DNA of 64,000 nucleotides from an uncultured Sphingosinicella sp. GTDB taxonomy: Bacteria; Pseudomonadota; Alphaproteobacteria; Sphingomonadales; Sphingomonadaceae. Both the position numbers and the translations under genes were made by a program. A model generated the notes under the pieces. The model was not told the DNA's origin and did not search any database. It saw only the letters and a program-made list of their open reading frames with translations. Positions 13,057-21,929 of this stretch are shown one piece after another (the first letter of the stretch is position 1; every line of letters starts with the position of its first letter). The stretch covers positions 36,734 through 100,733 of the forward strand of contig NZ_CAXBBQ010000009.1 of assembly GCF_963974575.1 (NCBI RefSeq), given 5' to 3'.

Positions 13057-13455
13057 TCAATGGCGATGCTGTGATTTCAGTCGATAACTGCCATCGGGCA
13101 TCCGCTCGAACATTTCGGAAACCGCAGGGTGCAGCACGGGCGCGCCGTTTTCGTCGGGCAGCAGGTTCTGCTGGCTGACATAGGCCACATAGGTTTGATC
13201 GTCGTTTTCGGCGAGCAGGTGGTAGAAGGGTTGGTCCTTCGCCGGGCGGATGTCCTCGGGGATCGCTTCCCACCATTCCTCGGTGTTGGCGAACTCGGGG
13301 TCGACATCGAAAATAATACCGCGAAACGGGAAAAAGCGGTGCCGCACCACTTCGCCGATGCCGAAGCTGGCGGTGGTCACAGGCTCGCCAAAGGGCGGCA
13401 GCAGACGCGGCGTGGGAGCGGCGGCAGGGGCTGTAATAGACTTCGCGGTACGCAT
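13057..13455 (-). CDS. hspQ: heat shock protein HspQ (YccV/hemimethylated-DNA-binding domain)
   Basis: FGIGEVVRHRFFPFRGIIFDVDP ... PFYHLLAENDDQTYVAYVSQQNL matches the HspQ pattern. Start taken at MRTAKS (ATG at 13455). Confidence 0.75.
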   Translation of the reverse strand: MRTAKSITAPAAAPTPRLLPPFGEPVTTASFGIGEVVRHRFFPFRGIIFDVDPEFANTEEWWEAIPEDIRPAKDQPFYHLLAENDDQTYVAYVSQQNLLPDENGAPVLHPAVSEMFERMPDGSYRLKSQHRH

Positions 13456-13554
13456 AGAGGGGAATATAAGGGCCTTGCGCTGCTCTGCAAAGGCTGACCG
13501 TTGGTCTGCGCGGCCCCCTCTCACGCAAAAGCAGTGCTGACGGCGGCGCCCTGC

Positions 13555-14706
13555 TCAGGCCACAGGCTGCAAATCAAAACGCTCAAGGCCCGTGTCCGCG
13601 TAAGAAACGCCTTCGGCGCGTAGCCCCTCCGGACAGTCCTCGTCCCGAATGCGCGCCGCAAGCAGGTGGGCAAGCGCAGGCGCCGTCTGGATGCCGTAGC
13701 CGCCTTGGCCGGCAAGCCAGTAGAAGCCCGGCAGGTCGCAGTCCGGCCCGGCGATCGGCAGCCGGTCCGTTGTGAACGTGCGGAGGCCGGCCCAGCTGTG
13801 GCGAACGCGGCGGACCTCAAGCGTTGTTGCTGTACAGACCCTGTCGACCGCGACGGCGATGTCCCAGTCGTCTGGCTGCGCATCGCACGGTTCGCAGGCC
13901 GTTTCATCCGCAGGCGACAGCAGCAGCGCGCCTGCGTCGGGCTTGAAGTAGAATTCGTCGTCGATATCCATCACGATCGGCCAGCGCGTCGGCGTCATGT
14001 CGGTAGGCGGGTCCACGAGGATGGCGGTGCGACGGAACGGCTGCACGTAGCCGGCTCTCGATCCTGCCATGGCGGCGACACGGTCGGCCCATGCGCCGGC
14101 TGCGTTCACGACGATCGCGCTGGCGAAAACGCCCGTCGCCGTGCGCAGCGTCCAGCCGCCGCCGCTATGGTCGAGGCCTTCCAGCCCCGACCGTGTGGCC
14201 AAAACACCGCCGTTTCGCCGGAATGTGCGCAGATAGCTCTGCAGCAGGGCGTCGACATCGATCGCAAGCGCGCCTGGCTCATAAACCGAGGCCGCCACAT
14301 AAGGCTCGGCGAGCAGCGGACAGAGGCTGCGTGTGGCGGGGGCATCCATCCATGTCGTGAGAGGCGCGATATCCGGCCTTTCGTGGAAGACTTGTAGGTG
14401 GCCGAGCTGGTCCGCGCGCGCGACAAACATGTTTCCGAGTGGCGACACCAGCGCGTGATCGGCGAAGCCGTCGGGCGGTGCCGTCAGAAATCCCCGGCTG
14501 GCACGCGACAGGGCGCGAACGGTTTCACCGCCATAGATGGCCGTGAAGACCGCAGCGGAGCGCCCCGTCGCGTGATAACCCGGTTGATCTTCCTGTTCGA
14601 GGAGCAACACCCGGTGGGTCGAGGACAGCGCGCTTGCGACAGAGGCGCCGGCCATGCCGGCACCGATCACGGCGATGTCGAACGTCGCCTCGGGAACCGT
14701 GGTCAT
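13555..14706 (-). CDS. FAD-dependent oxidoreductase (DAO family)
   Basis: Start at MTTVPEATFDIAVIGAGMAGAS (GxGxxG), 383 aa. The ATG overlaps the hyuB stop (ATGA at 14703-14706). The rest of the 634-aa track ORF is out of frame over hyuB. Confidence 0.8.
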   Translation of the reverse strand: MTTVPEATFDIAVIGAGMAGASVASALSSTHRVLLLEQEDQPGYHATGRSAAVFTAIYGGETVRALSRASRGFLTAPPDGFADHALVSPLGNMFVARADQLGHLQVFHERPDIAPLTTWMDAPATRSLCPLLAEPYVAASVYEPGALAIDVDALLQSYLRTFRRNGGVLATRSGLEGLDHSGGGWTLRTATGVFASAIVVNAAGAWADRVAAMAGSRAGYVQPFRRTAILVDPPTDMTPTRWPIVMDIDDEFYFKPDAGALLLSPADETACEPCDAQPDDWDIAVAVDRVCTATTLEVRRVRHSWAGLRTFTTDRLPIAGPDCDLPGFYWLAGQGGYGIQTAPALAHLLAARIRDEDCPEGLRAEGVSYADTGLERFDLQPVA

Positions 14707-16439
14707 GCCGCGGCCCGCAGCTCCCGCGTTTTCTGCAGGTCGATGGACCATGCTCCACCGTTCTGCTCGATCGCGACGCAGTAAAGCCTGCGCGCGTCTT
14801 CGGGGGTGATGAACGCGTTGCGCACATCGCTGAGCACAAGCTCCGGATCGCGTTCGCGCGCCTTGCCCCACGCCCCGCCGCCGCCGGTGATAACGCGGAA
14901 CAACGTGCCCTCGCCGAACGGCCCGATGGAGCCGACGCGCTCGTTGTAGACGATGGGCTCGCCGCCCACCGGTGTCACGGTAAGGCTGCCGTGATCGCCG
15001 TCCGTACCGCCGTTGAAGCCCGCAGCCGTGGTGTCTGCGGTGTTTTCGATGACGAAGGAGGCGTAGACGCCATCGGTGAGACAGCGGTAGTCCTTGCGAA
15101 CCCCCATGCCCCCCCGGAACTTGCCCACTCCCGCGACCTCCGGCGCGAACTCGAACAGTTCTACGCGGAACGGGTGACGCGTCTCGGTGATCTCGATCGG
15201 CGTATTGGGCAGATCGCCGTTGCCGGTGAGCTGGTTGGTCGCACCGTCCCGGTCGATCAGCGCGCCGTTGCCGCCGTGCATCGGATCCATCATCACGAAC
15301 GGCTTGCCATGGCGCGACTGGCTGCGGGAGAAGAACGCGCCGGTCAGCTGATAGCCTCCGGCCGGGCACTTGTCCGGCACGATATTGAGGAAGCACCGGA
15401 ACATCATCTCCATCAGGCACTCGATGACATAGCCGTAGGAGTCGGTCGGCGCGGGCCACACCGGATTGACGATCGATTCCGGCGGCAGTTCAAAATCCAG
15501 GCATTTGGTGTGGCCGGCGTTGCAGGGATCGAACGGCAGCAGGATGCCCTTCAGCGACGATGCCAATATGCCCTTGGTGCAAGGGGCGGGGAGGTTGATC
15601 GGCCCGCGCGCCGTGGGACTCGAACCGTTCAGCGAGAAGTGCACGCGGTCGCCCTGGATCGTGACCTTCAGGCAGACGAGGAATTCGCCGTCTTCCTGAA
15701 CGCCGTCGCTGTCGAGCCGGATGGAGGCGCCGTATTCGCCATCCGGCAATGCCGCGATCGTCGCGCGCATCGACCGGTCGGTCTGGTCGATCACATAGTC
15801 CATCGCCTCGCGGATCGTTTCCGTGCCGTATTTGGCGCACAGCGACTGGATGCGCTCGCAGCCCTGCCGGCATGAGGCGATCTGCGCCTCGAGGTCGCCC
15901 TTCACGATTTCCGGCACGCGGACATTGCAGTCGATCAGGTCCCACAGGCCCTGGTTCTTGACGCCGCGCTCCACGATCTTCTGGTGCCGGAAGCAGAGGC
16001 CTTCCTGGAACGTGTCCGTCGTGTCCGGGCACCAGCCGCCGGGGTTCTTGCCACCGACATCCGCCCAGTGCGCGGCGGTTCCGCAGAAGGCGACGAGTTC
16101 GCCTTCGAAGAACACCGGCATGTAGACGTTGGTGTCGGAAATGTGCGTTCCGGTTTCGAACGGATCGTTGACGATAAGGACGTCGCCTTCCGCGAAATTG
16201 CCCTTCCAGCGCGCCATTCCGGCGCGCACGGCTTCCGGGAAGGCTTGGCTGAACACGATCACGCCCGGTGTTTCCGCCCACATGTCGCCGGTTGCCGACA
16301 TGATGGTGACGCTGAAGTCCTGGACTTCATAAAGCAGTGGATTGAAGGCCGTGCGGATCATGGTCTTCGCCATTTCCTCGGTGGCGGCCACGAGGCGGTT
16401 GCGGATGATCTCCGTCAGAACGACGTCTACTTTGCGCAT
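14703..16439 (-). CDS. hyuB: hydantoinase B/oxoprolinase family protein
   Basis: Start at MRKVDVVLTEIIRNRL (ATG at 16439, GGGAAG 7 nt upstream). Length and sequence are typical of the HyuB beta subunit. Confidence 0.85.
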   Translation of the reverse strand: MRKVDVVLTEIIRNRLVAATEEMAKTMIRTAFNPLLYEVQDFSVTIMSATGDMWAETPGVIVFSQAFPEAVRAGMARWKGNFAEGDVLIVNDPFETGTHISDTNVYMPVFFEGELVAFCGTAAHWADVGGKNPGGWCPDTTDTFQEGLCFRHQKIVERGVKNQGLWDLIDCNVRVPEIVKGDLEAQIASCRQGCERIQSLCAKYGTETIREAMDYVIDQTDRSMRATIAALPDGEYGASIRLDSDGVQEDGEFLVCLKVTIQGDRVHFSLNGSSPTARGPINLPAPCTKGILASSLKGILLPFDPCNAGHTKCLDFELPPESIVNPVWPAPTDSYGYVIECLMEMMFRCFLNIVPDKCPAGGYQLTGAFFSRSQSRHGKPFVMMDPMHGGNGALIDRDGATNQLTGNGDLPNTPIEITETRHPFRVELFEFAPEVAGVGKFRGGMGVRKDYRCLTDGVYASFVIENTADTTAAGFNGGTDGDHGSLTVTPVGGEPIVYNERVGSIGPFGEGTLFRVITGGGGAWGKARERDPELVLSDVRNAFITPEDARRLYCVAIEQNGGAWSIDLQKTRELRAAA

Positions 16440-16456
16440 GTTGTGTCTTCCCGCCT

Positions 16457-18505
16457 TTAGAGAGTGGGTTCGAGAACGAGATTGCCGAAGGTGTCGCAGG
16501 TGGACTGCCATCCGGGCGGAACTATCGTCGTCATGGTCCATTCGTTGATGATCGCCGGGCCGGTGACGACCTGACCGGCCGCGAGGGTTTCGCGGTCGAA
16601 CACGTCGGTCGGCACCGCTTTGCCGGTGCGCGGGAAATAGACGTCCAGCTGCCGCATCGCCGCGCCCTGCGGCCGCTCCGGCATTGGCGCGATCTCCGGC
16701 GCGCGGACACGCCCGATCGCGCGGCAGCGGATGGACACGAGTTCCAGCGGGGCATCCGGCTCACCGTGGCCATAGAGGCGGATATGAGATTCGACGAAGC
16801 GCCGGCGCGCGCCTTCCAGAATGGACGCGGTATCCTGCCATGCGTCCTCCAGATCGACCGTGATCGTGTATTCCTGATTCTCGAAGCGAAGGTCGAAGCG
16901 CTTCACGCGCTCGATATCACCGGCCGCGAAGCCGTACTGGCCGATGCCGCTCGCCGCCCGCGTTTCCAGTTCGTTCATTGTCGCAAGCGCCCCGGCGATG
17001 TGCGCGGCGTCGAACGGCATGACCTTGGTGCGGACCTCGTCCTCCATGTAATCGGTGGTGAGGATGCCCCACGCCGAGAAGTTCGCCGGTGCATTCGGCA
17101 CGATCACCATGGGCACTTCCAGCTCCTCCGCCACCGAGCAGGCGAACAGCCCGCCGCCGCCACCGTAGGCGAGCAGCACGAACTCACGGGGATCGAGACC
17201 GCGTTCGACCGTCTTGCTGCGAATGGCGTTCGCCATGTTCGTTTCGGCGATCGAAACGATGCCCTGCGCGGCCGACTGAAGGTCGAGTCCAAGCGGTTCG
17301 GCGATCTTCTTTTCGATCGCCGCACGCGCACCTTCGGTATCGAGCTGCATCCGGCCGCCGAGGAAATAGGCGGGATCGAGGCGGCCGAGCGTGAGGTGCG
17401 CGTCAGTGACGGTCGGCTCCGTGCCGCCCCGCCCGAAACAGACCGGCCCGGGCGAAGCGCCCGCGCTCTGCGGCCCGACCTGCAGGCCGCCGCGGTGATC
17501 GAGCCACGCGATGGAGCCGCCGCCCGCGCCGATCGAGATAACGTCGATCAGCGAGCCGAGGATCGGCCGTTGCGCGATCTCGGCCTGGCTGCGTTCGAGC
17601 ACACGCCCCTCCTCGATGATCGCGACATCATAGGTGGTGCCGCCGACATCGGTGCAGATGACGTTCGCATAGCCGAGGCGGTCGCATAGAAACTTGGCGC
17701 CGATCACGCCGCCCGCGGGGCCGGACATCAGTGTGCGGATCGGCTTCCGTCCGGCCGTCTTGGCGTCCACGACCCCGCCGCTCGATTGCATGATGGCAAG
17801 CGAACGCGTGTAGTTCGCGTCCTTCAGCCTCGTTTCTAGATTGGTGAGATAGGTCTGAACCGTGGGCTGGATGAAGGCGTTGAGCACGGTCGTCGAGGTC
17901 CGCTCATATTCGCGCCATTCCGACGCGATCTCGTGCGACACGGAGATCGGCAGATGCGGGTGCCGCGCGAGGATGCGCTGCCTTGCCGCGATTTCATGCG
18001 CGGGCTGGGCATAGGCGTGCAGGAAGCATATCGCGATGGCCTCCGCGCCGCGCGCCAGCAGCAGGTCGACCTGCGTGTCGACCGCTTCAAGATCGATCGG
18101 CGTCAGCACCTCGCCGTCGAAGGTCATGCGCTCCGGTATTTCGAGGCGGAGGAAGCGTTCGACGAGTGGCGACGCAGACTGGTGCAGGAAGTTGTATACG
18201 GGCTTCCGGCCGCCGCGGCCCATCTCCAGAACGTCACGGAAGCCTTTCGTGGTCAGCAGGCCGACCTTCGCGCCCTTTTCCTGAACCAGCGCATTCACAC
18301 CGACGGTCATGCCGTGGAAGATTTGCTGGATGCTGTCGATGTCGACATCGAGACTCTCGATACCCGTGAGGAACTGCTCGTGCAGCCTGTCCGGAATCGA
18401 GGGAATCTTTTCCACGCGGGCAGCGCCGGTGGCCTCGTCCATCAAAACGAAGTCCATGAATGTGCCGCCTACGTCCACGGCGACCCTGTAGCGATCCTGT
18501 GTCAT
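16457..18505 (-). CDS. hyuA: hydantoinase A/oxoprolinase family protein
   Basis: 682 aa with YRVAVDVGGTFMDFV (ASKHA-fold ATPase N-terminus) and DVGGTTYDV, the HyuA alpha-subunit pattern. Confidence 0.85.
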   Translation of the reverse strand: MTQDRYRVAVDVGGTFMDFVLMDEATGAARVEKIPSIPDRLHEQFLTGIESLDVDIDSIQQIFHGMTVGVNALVQEKGAKVGLLTTKGFRDVLEMGRGGRKPVYNFLHQSASPLVERFLRLEIPERMTFDGEVLTPIDLEAVDTQVDLLLARGAEAIAICFLHAYAQPAHEIAARQRILARHPHLPISVSHEIASEWREYERTSTTVLNAFIQPTVQTYLTNLETRLKDANYTRSLAIMQSSGGVVDAKTAGRKPIRTLMSGPAGGVIGAKFLCDRLGYANVICTDVGGTTYDVAIIEEGRVLERSQAEIAQRPILGSLIDVISIGAGGGSIAWLDHRGGLQVGPQSAGASPGPVCFGRGGTEPTVTDAHLTLGRLDPAYFLGGRMQLDTEGARAAIEKKIAEPLGLDLQSAAQGIVSIAETNMANAIRSKTVERGLDPREFVLLAYGGGGGLFACSVAEELEVPMVIVPNAPANFSAWGILTTDYMEDEVRTKVMPFDAAHIAGALATMNELETRAASGIGQYGFAAGDIERVKRFDLRFENQEYTITVDLEDAWQDTASILEGARRRFVESHIRLYGHGEPDAPLELVSIRCRAIGRVRAPEIAPMPERPQGAAMRQLDVYFPRTGKAVPTDVFDRETLAAGQVVTGPAIINEWTMTTIVPPGWQSTCDTFGNLVLEPTL

Positions 18506-18555
18506 GCGCTCCCGCTCTCGATAGTTGTCCGCAAGACCCGGCCGGACTTGCGAAC

Positions 18556-18572
18556 GATGAACTCAGTTCATC
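18556..18572. promoter_or_regulatory. 17-bp perfect palindrome, candidate operator
   Basis: GATGAACT-C-AGTTCATC lies 51 bp upstream of the hyuA start in the divergent hyuA/receptor intergenic region. Confidence 0.3.
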
Positions 18573-18610
18573 GAGGGAAGCGGGGTGCGGGTCTCATTGC
18601 AAGGTTGCTC

Positions 18611-18667
18611 ATGGGGGATAACCCAAAGCCGTTCCGGCATGGGCTTCGACTATGGGGGATCACCCAA
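18611..18667. promoter_or_regulatory. two direct copies of a 16-bp box, candidate MalT/LuxR-type binding sites
   Basis: ATGGGGGATAACCCAA (18611-18626) and ATGGGGGATCACCCAA (18652-18667) match at 15 of 16 positions and are spaced 41 bp start to start. Each has internal dyad symmetry (TGGG..CCCA). Confidence 0.35.
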
Positions 18668-18755
18668 CATTTGGCTTGGACCGGCGGCCGATCGCCCCGA
18701 CTATTGTTCGCGGATACTCGTTCGCAAGTATCGGTTGCACATAAAAAGGGGGAAT

Positions 18756-20840
18756 ATGATGGATACCGTACGAACGCGGATTCTGGCGGCCGTTGCGGTG
18801 GCCGGCCTGCTTGTCGCCGCCACGCCGGTCGTCGCTGCCGAGCACGAGCAGAGCGAAATTGTCATCACGGCACGCAAGCGCGCGGAAAGCCAGATCGAGG
18901 TTCCCGACGCCGTCACCGTGTTCACGGCGCAGACCATCGAGAACGCCGGCATCAACGACGTCACGGACTTCGCCAATCTCACGCCCAACATGTTCTTCAC
19001 GCCGACCTTCAGACCGGCGGAAATGCAGATGACGATCCGCGGTATCCCGACGGCGCAGGGAGGAGAGGCGCCTGTCGCAGTCGTGATCGACGGTGTGCAG
19101 GTCTCGCATCCCACCTTCGTAAACCAGGAACTGCTGGATATCGAGCAGATCGAGGTGCTGCGCGGTCCGCAGGGCTCGCTCTACGGCCGCAATGCCATCG
19201 GCGGCGCGCTCAACATCACGACGCGGCGCCCGACCAACGAACTCGAAGGCATGGTCCGCGCCTCCTACGCCAGCGGCAACGACATTCGCGTCGGCGGTGC
19301 CATCTCGGGTCCGCTCGTCAAGGACAAGCTGCTGTTCCGCCTCGCCGCTTCGATGCGCGACTACGAGGGGCAATTGCGCGACCAGACCGCGCGCGACGGC
19401 GACCGCAAGGCGGATTACGACGAGAGCTATCTCGTGAAGGCCGGTCTCATCTTCACGCCGACCGACCGGCTGGAGATTAACCTCAGGGGCAATTACCTGC
19501 ATCAGCGCGCTGGCGCCCCGTCGCTCGAGATCGTCGGCAACGCCAATTTCGACGACTACGATGCGTCGCTCATCAATCGCAATGTCCTGACATTCGATAA
19601 GCGCGAAATCTACGATCTTTCGCTGAAGGCCGACTATGATTTCGGCGCCGCGATGCTCACATGGATCACCGGCTACAGCCGCAGCGACGCGCGTCTATTC
19701 GGCGATGCGGACTTCTCGCCGACACCGTTCCTGCTCCAGGATCTCGATCTGACCGTAAAGGCGTTCACGCAGGAGCTGCGGCTGTCTTCGCAGGGTGATG
19801 GCTGGCTGCGGTGGCTCGTCGGCCTCTATTATCAGAAGCGCGATACAGACAACTTCCTGCTCATTCCCTTCGACGATGGCACGGGCCAATCGAACGGCAC
19901 CTTCGCCATCCAGAGCTTCGATGCGGGTACAAGCAAGTCGATCGCGGCGTTCGGTTCGGTGAGCGCGGATGTCTCCGATGACCTCGAACTGACGCTTGGT
20001 ATGCGCTACGATCGCGACAAGCGCCGGTCTGTGGATACGGCGATCGGCGCGGCCTCGGAGGCTGGCGATACGTTCGAGGCCGTTCAGCCGAAGCTGCAGC
20101 TGAAATACAAGGTCGCCGACGATCTCAACGTCTTCGCGAGTTACGGGCGCGGCTTCCGGTCCGGCGGCTTCAATGCATTCTTTGCCGCCGGCGCTGATCG
20201 CCAGTTCAGCAAGGAAACCTCTGACAGCTTCGAAATCGGCATGAAGGGTGATTTCCTGGATCGCCGCCTGACGTTCTCTGCATCGGCATTCCACATCAAG
20301 TTCGACAATCAGCAGTTCTTCTTCATCACTGTCAGTCCGCCGTCGCAGAACGTCGTGAACATCGGCAAGGTGGATATTTCCGGCCTCGAAGTTGAACTGG
20401 CTGCCCGCCCGACGTCACAGCTTACCATCAACGCGGGCTTTGGTCTTTCGGATGCGACGATCAAGCGGTTCAGCGATGCCGCGCCCGCGCTTTACAAGGA
20501 CAATCGCGCCCCGCAGAGTCCAGCGTACACGGCGAGCCTCAGCATGGATTATGTGATCCCGCTGGCGGATGAATTCGACGTTCGCTTCAACGGCAGCTTC
20601 GTACGGCGCGGCTCGATCATGTGGGATGCCGCCAACACGCTGCGGACGCCCGCGAAGAACCTCATCAACGCCCGTCTGTTCGTCGAGCGCAGCGGGTTTT
20701 CGATCGGTGCTTACGTCGATAACCTTACGAACGCGCGATATCCGACGCAGGCACTCGCCAATTCCTTCGGAGACGGCTTGCATTCACGCATTCCGAGCCC
20801 GAAGCGGCAGTTCGGTGTTCAGGGTTCCTACAAGTTCTGA
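18756..20840 (+). CDS. TonB-dependent outer-membrane receptor
   Basis: ATG at 18756 follows AAGGGGGAA. Signal peptide, a plug region (EIVITARKR, DGVQ), many beta-strand repeats and a C-terminal ...GSYKF. Confidence 0.85.
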   Translation: MMDTVRTRILAAVAVAGLLVAATPVVAAEHEQSEIVITARKRAESQIEVPDAVTVFTAQTIENAGINDVTDFANLTPNMFFTPTFRPAEMQMTIRGIPTAQGGEAPVAVVIDGVQVSHPTFVNQELLDIEQIEVLRGPQGSLYGRNAIGGALNITTRRPTNELEGMVRASYASGNDIRVGGAISGPLVKDKLLFRLAASMRDYEGQLRDQTARDGDRKADYDESYLVKAGLIFTPTDRLEINLRGNYLHQRAGAPSLEIVGNANFDDYDASLINRNVLTFDKREIYDLSLKADYDFGAAMLTWITGYSRSDARLFGDADFSPTPFLLQDLDLTVKAFTQELRLSSQGDGWLRWLVGLYYQKRDTDNFLLIPFDDGTGQSNGTFAIQSFDAGTSKSIAAFGSVSADVSDDLELTLGMRYDRDKRRSVDTAIGAASEAGDTFEAVQPKLQLKYKVADDLNVFASYGRGFRSGGFNAFFAAGADRQFSKETSDSFEIGMKGDFLDRRLTFSASAFHIKFDNQQFFFITVSPPSQNVVNIGKVDISGLEVELAARPTSQLTINAGFGLSDATIKRFSDAAPALYKDNRAPQSPAYTASLSMDYVIPLADEFDVRFNGSFVRRGSIMWDAANTLRTPAKNLINARLFVERSGFSIGAYVDNLTNARYPTQALANSFGDGLHSRIPSPKRQFGVQGSYKF

Positions 20841-20924
20841 TTTCCAGGCCCGATCATGGTGCCTTCGCTGCAAGCGTGGCGGAGGCACCATTCGTTTCCA
20901 CCGGATGCGGAAGGTTCCTTGACC

Positions 20925-21911
20925 ATGCATGAGGGCCGGGACGTCCGCATTTTCGGCGCGGACGATGTGTGGTCACATCTTACCTACGAAGCCTGTATCG
21001 CGGCGATGCGAGATGCCATGGTGGCGTTCTCCGAAGGGCGTACGCCCAGTGTGCCGCGTACCTTTCTCGATCTTGCGGGCGGCAACATGTTCGGCGCGAT
21101 GGTGGGCAGCCTTGGCGAAGGTGACATGTTCGGCGCCAAGCTGATCAACCTGTTTCCCGGCAACGTCAGACATGGCAAGCCCTCACACCTTGGCCTCGTC
21201 GCATTGTTCGATCCTGCTGACGGTAGCCTCTCCAGCCTCATCGACGCTGCGGCGCTCACGGCGATCAGGACGGCTTCGGCGAGCGCTGCCGCAACCGACG
21301 CTCTCGCCCGGCCGGATGCCCGAACGCTTGCGGTGCTGGGATACGGTGAGCAGGCCGAGACGCATATCCGCGCGATCCTCACCGTGCGTCCGATCGAGCG
21401 CGTCCGCGCGTGGGGCCGTGATCCGGAACGCTGCGCGCGCTTTTCCGACCGCATCGCGGCGTGCGGTGTTTCGTGCACGCCCGTTGTCGATATCGCGGGC
21501 GCCGTTGCCGGCGCAGATATCGTCTGCACGACCACGGCGGCGGTCGAACCCATCCTCTACGGCCGCTGGATCGTGCCCGGCACCCACATCAATGTCGTCG
21601 GCTTTGCTGGAAGTGATGCGGCGGAGATCGATGCGGATCTTGTGCTCCGCGCGCGCTATATCGCCGATAGCCGCGCGTCCGTTTTCGCCGAAGCTGGCGA
21701 ATTCCGTTCGCTGCTCCGAAACGGCGTGATCACGGACGCGCACATCGTTGCCGAGATCGGCGACGTTTATTCGGGCCGCGCGACAGGCAGAATATGTGAT
21801 GACGATATCACCCTGTATCGCTCGCTGGGCCACATCGTTCAGGATCTCGCGGCGGCACGCGCGCTTGTTGATCTGGCGAGCGGGACGGCGCTTCGAAGCG
21901 TCCGTCTGTGA
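20925..21911 (+). CDS. ornithine cyclodeaminase/mu-crystallin family protein
   Basis: Start at MHEGRDV. OCD-family pattern (LTAIRTASASA, VLGYGEQA Rossmann), 328 aa. Confidence 0.8.
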   Translation: MHEGRDVRIFGADDVWSHLTYEACIAAMRDAMVAFSEGRTPSVPRTFLDLAGGNMFGAMVGSLGEGDMFGAKLINLFPGNVRHGKPSHLGLVALFDPADGSLSSLIDAAALTAIRTASASAAATDALARPDARTLAVLGYGEQAETHIRAILTVRPIERVRAWGRDPERCARFSDRIAACGVSCTPVVDIAGAVAGADIVCTTTAAVEPILYGRWIVPGTHINVVGFAGSDAAEIDADLVLRARYIADSRASVFAEAGEFRSLLRNGVITDAHIVAEIGDVYSGRATGRICDDDITLYRSLGHIVQDLAAARALVDLASGTALRSVRL

Positions 21912-21929
21912 AGGCTGATGCGAAGGCGC

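Noticed and set aside
13555-15459. 634-aa track ORF suggesting a much larger FAD oxidoreductase.
   Set aside because: The N-terminal roughly 250 aa overlaps hyuB out of frame and is Arg-rich nonsense. A Rossmann GxGxxG N-terminus begins at the ATG at 14706, which forms an ATGA overlap with the hyuB stop.
18585-18755. 57-codon N-terminal extension of the TonB-receptor ORF.
   Set aside because: The extension covers the divergent promoter region containing the repeated boxes. The ATG at 18756 has a strong SD and is directly followed by a signal peptide.
20856-20891. Hairpin ATGGTGCCT-(18 nt)-AGGCACCAT after the TonB receptor, considered as a terminator.
   Set aside because: The loop is large and the T tract is poor (TCGTTTCC). 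It could equally allow read-through into the OCD gene, so it is not called.
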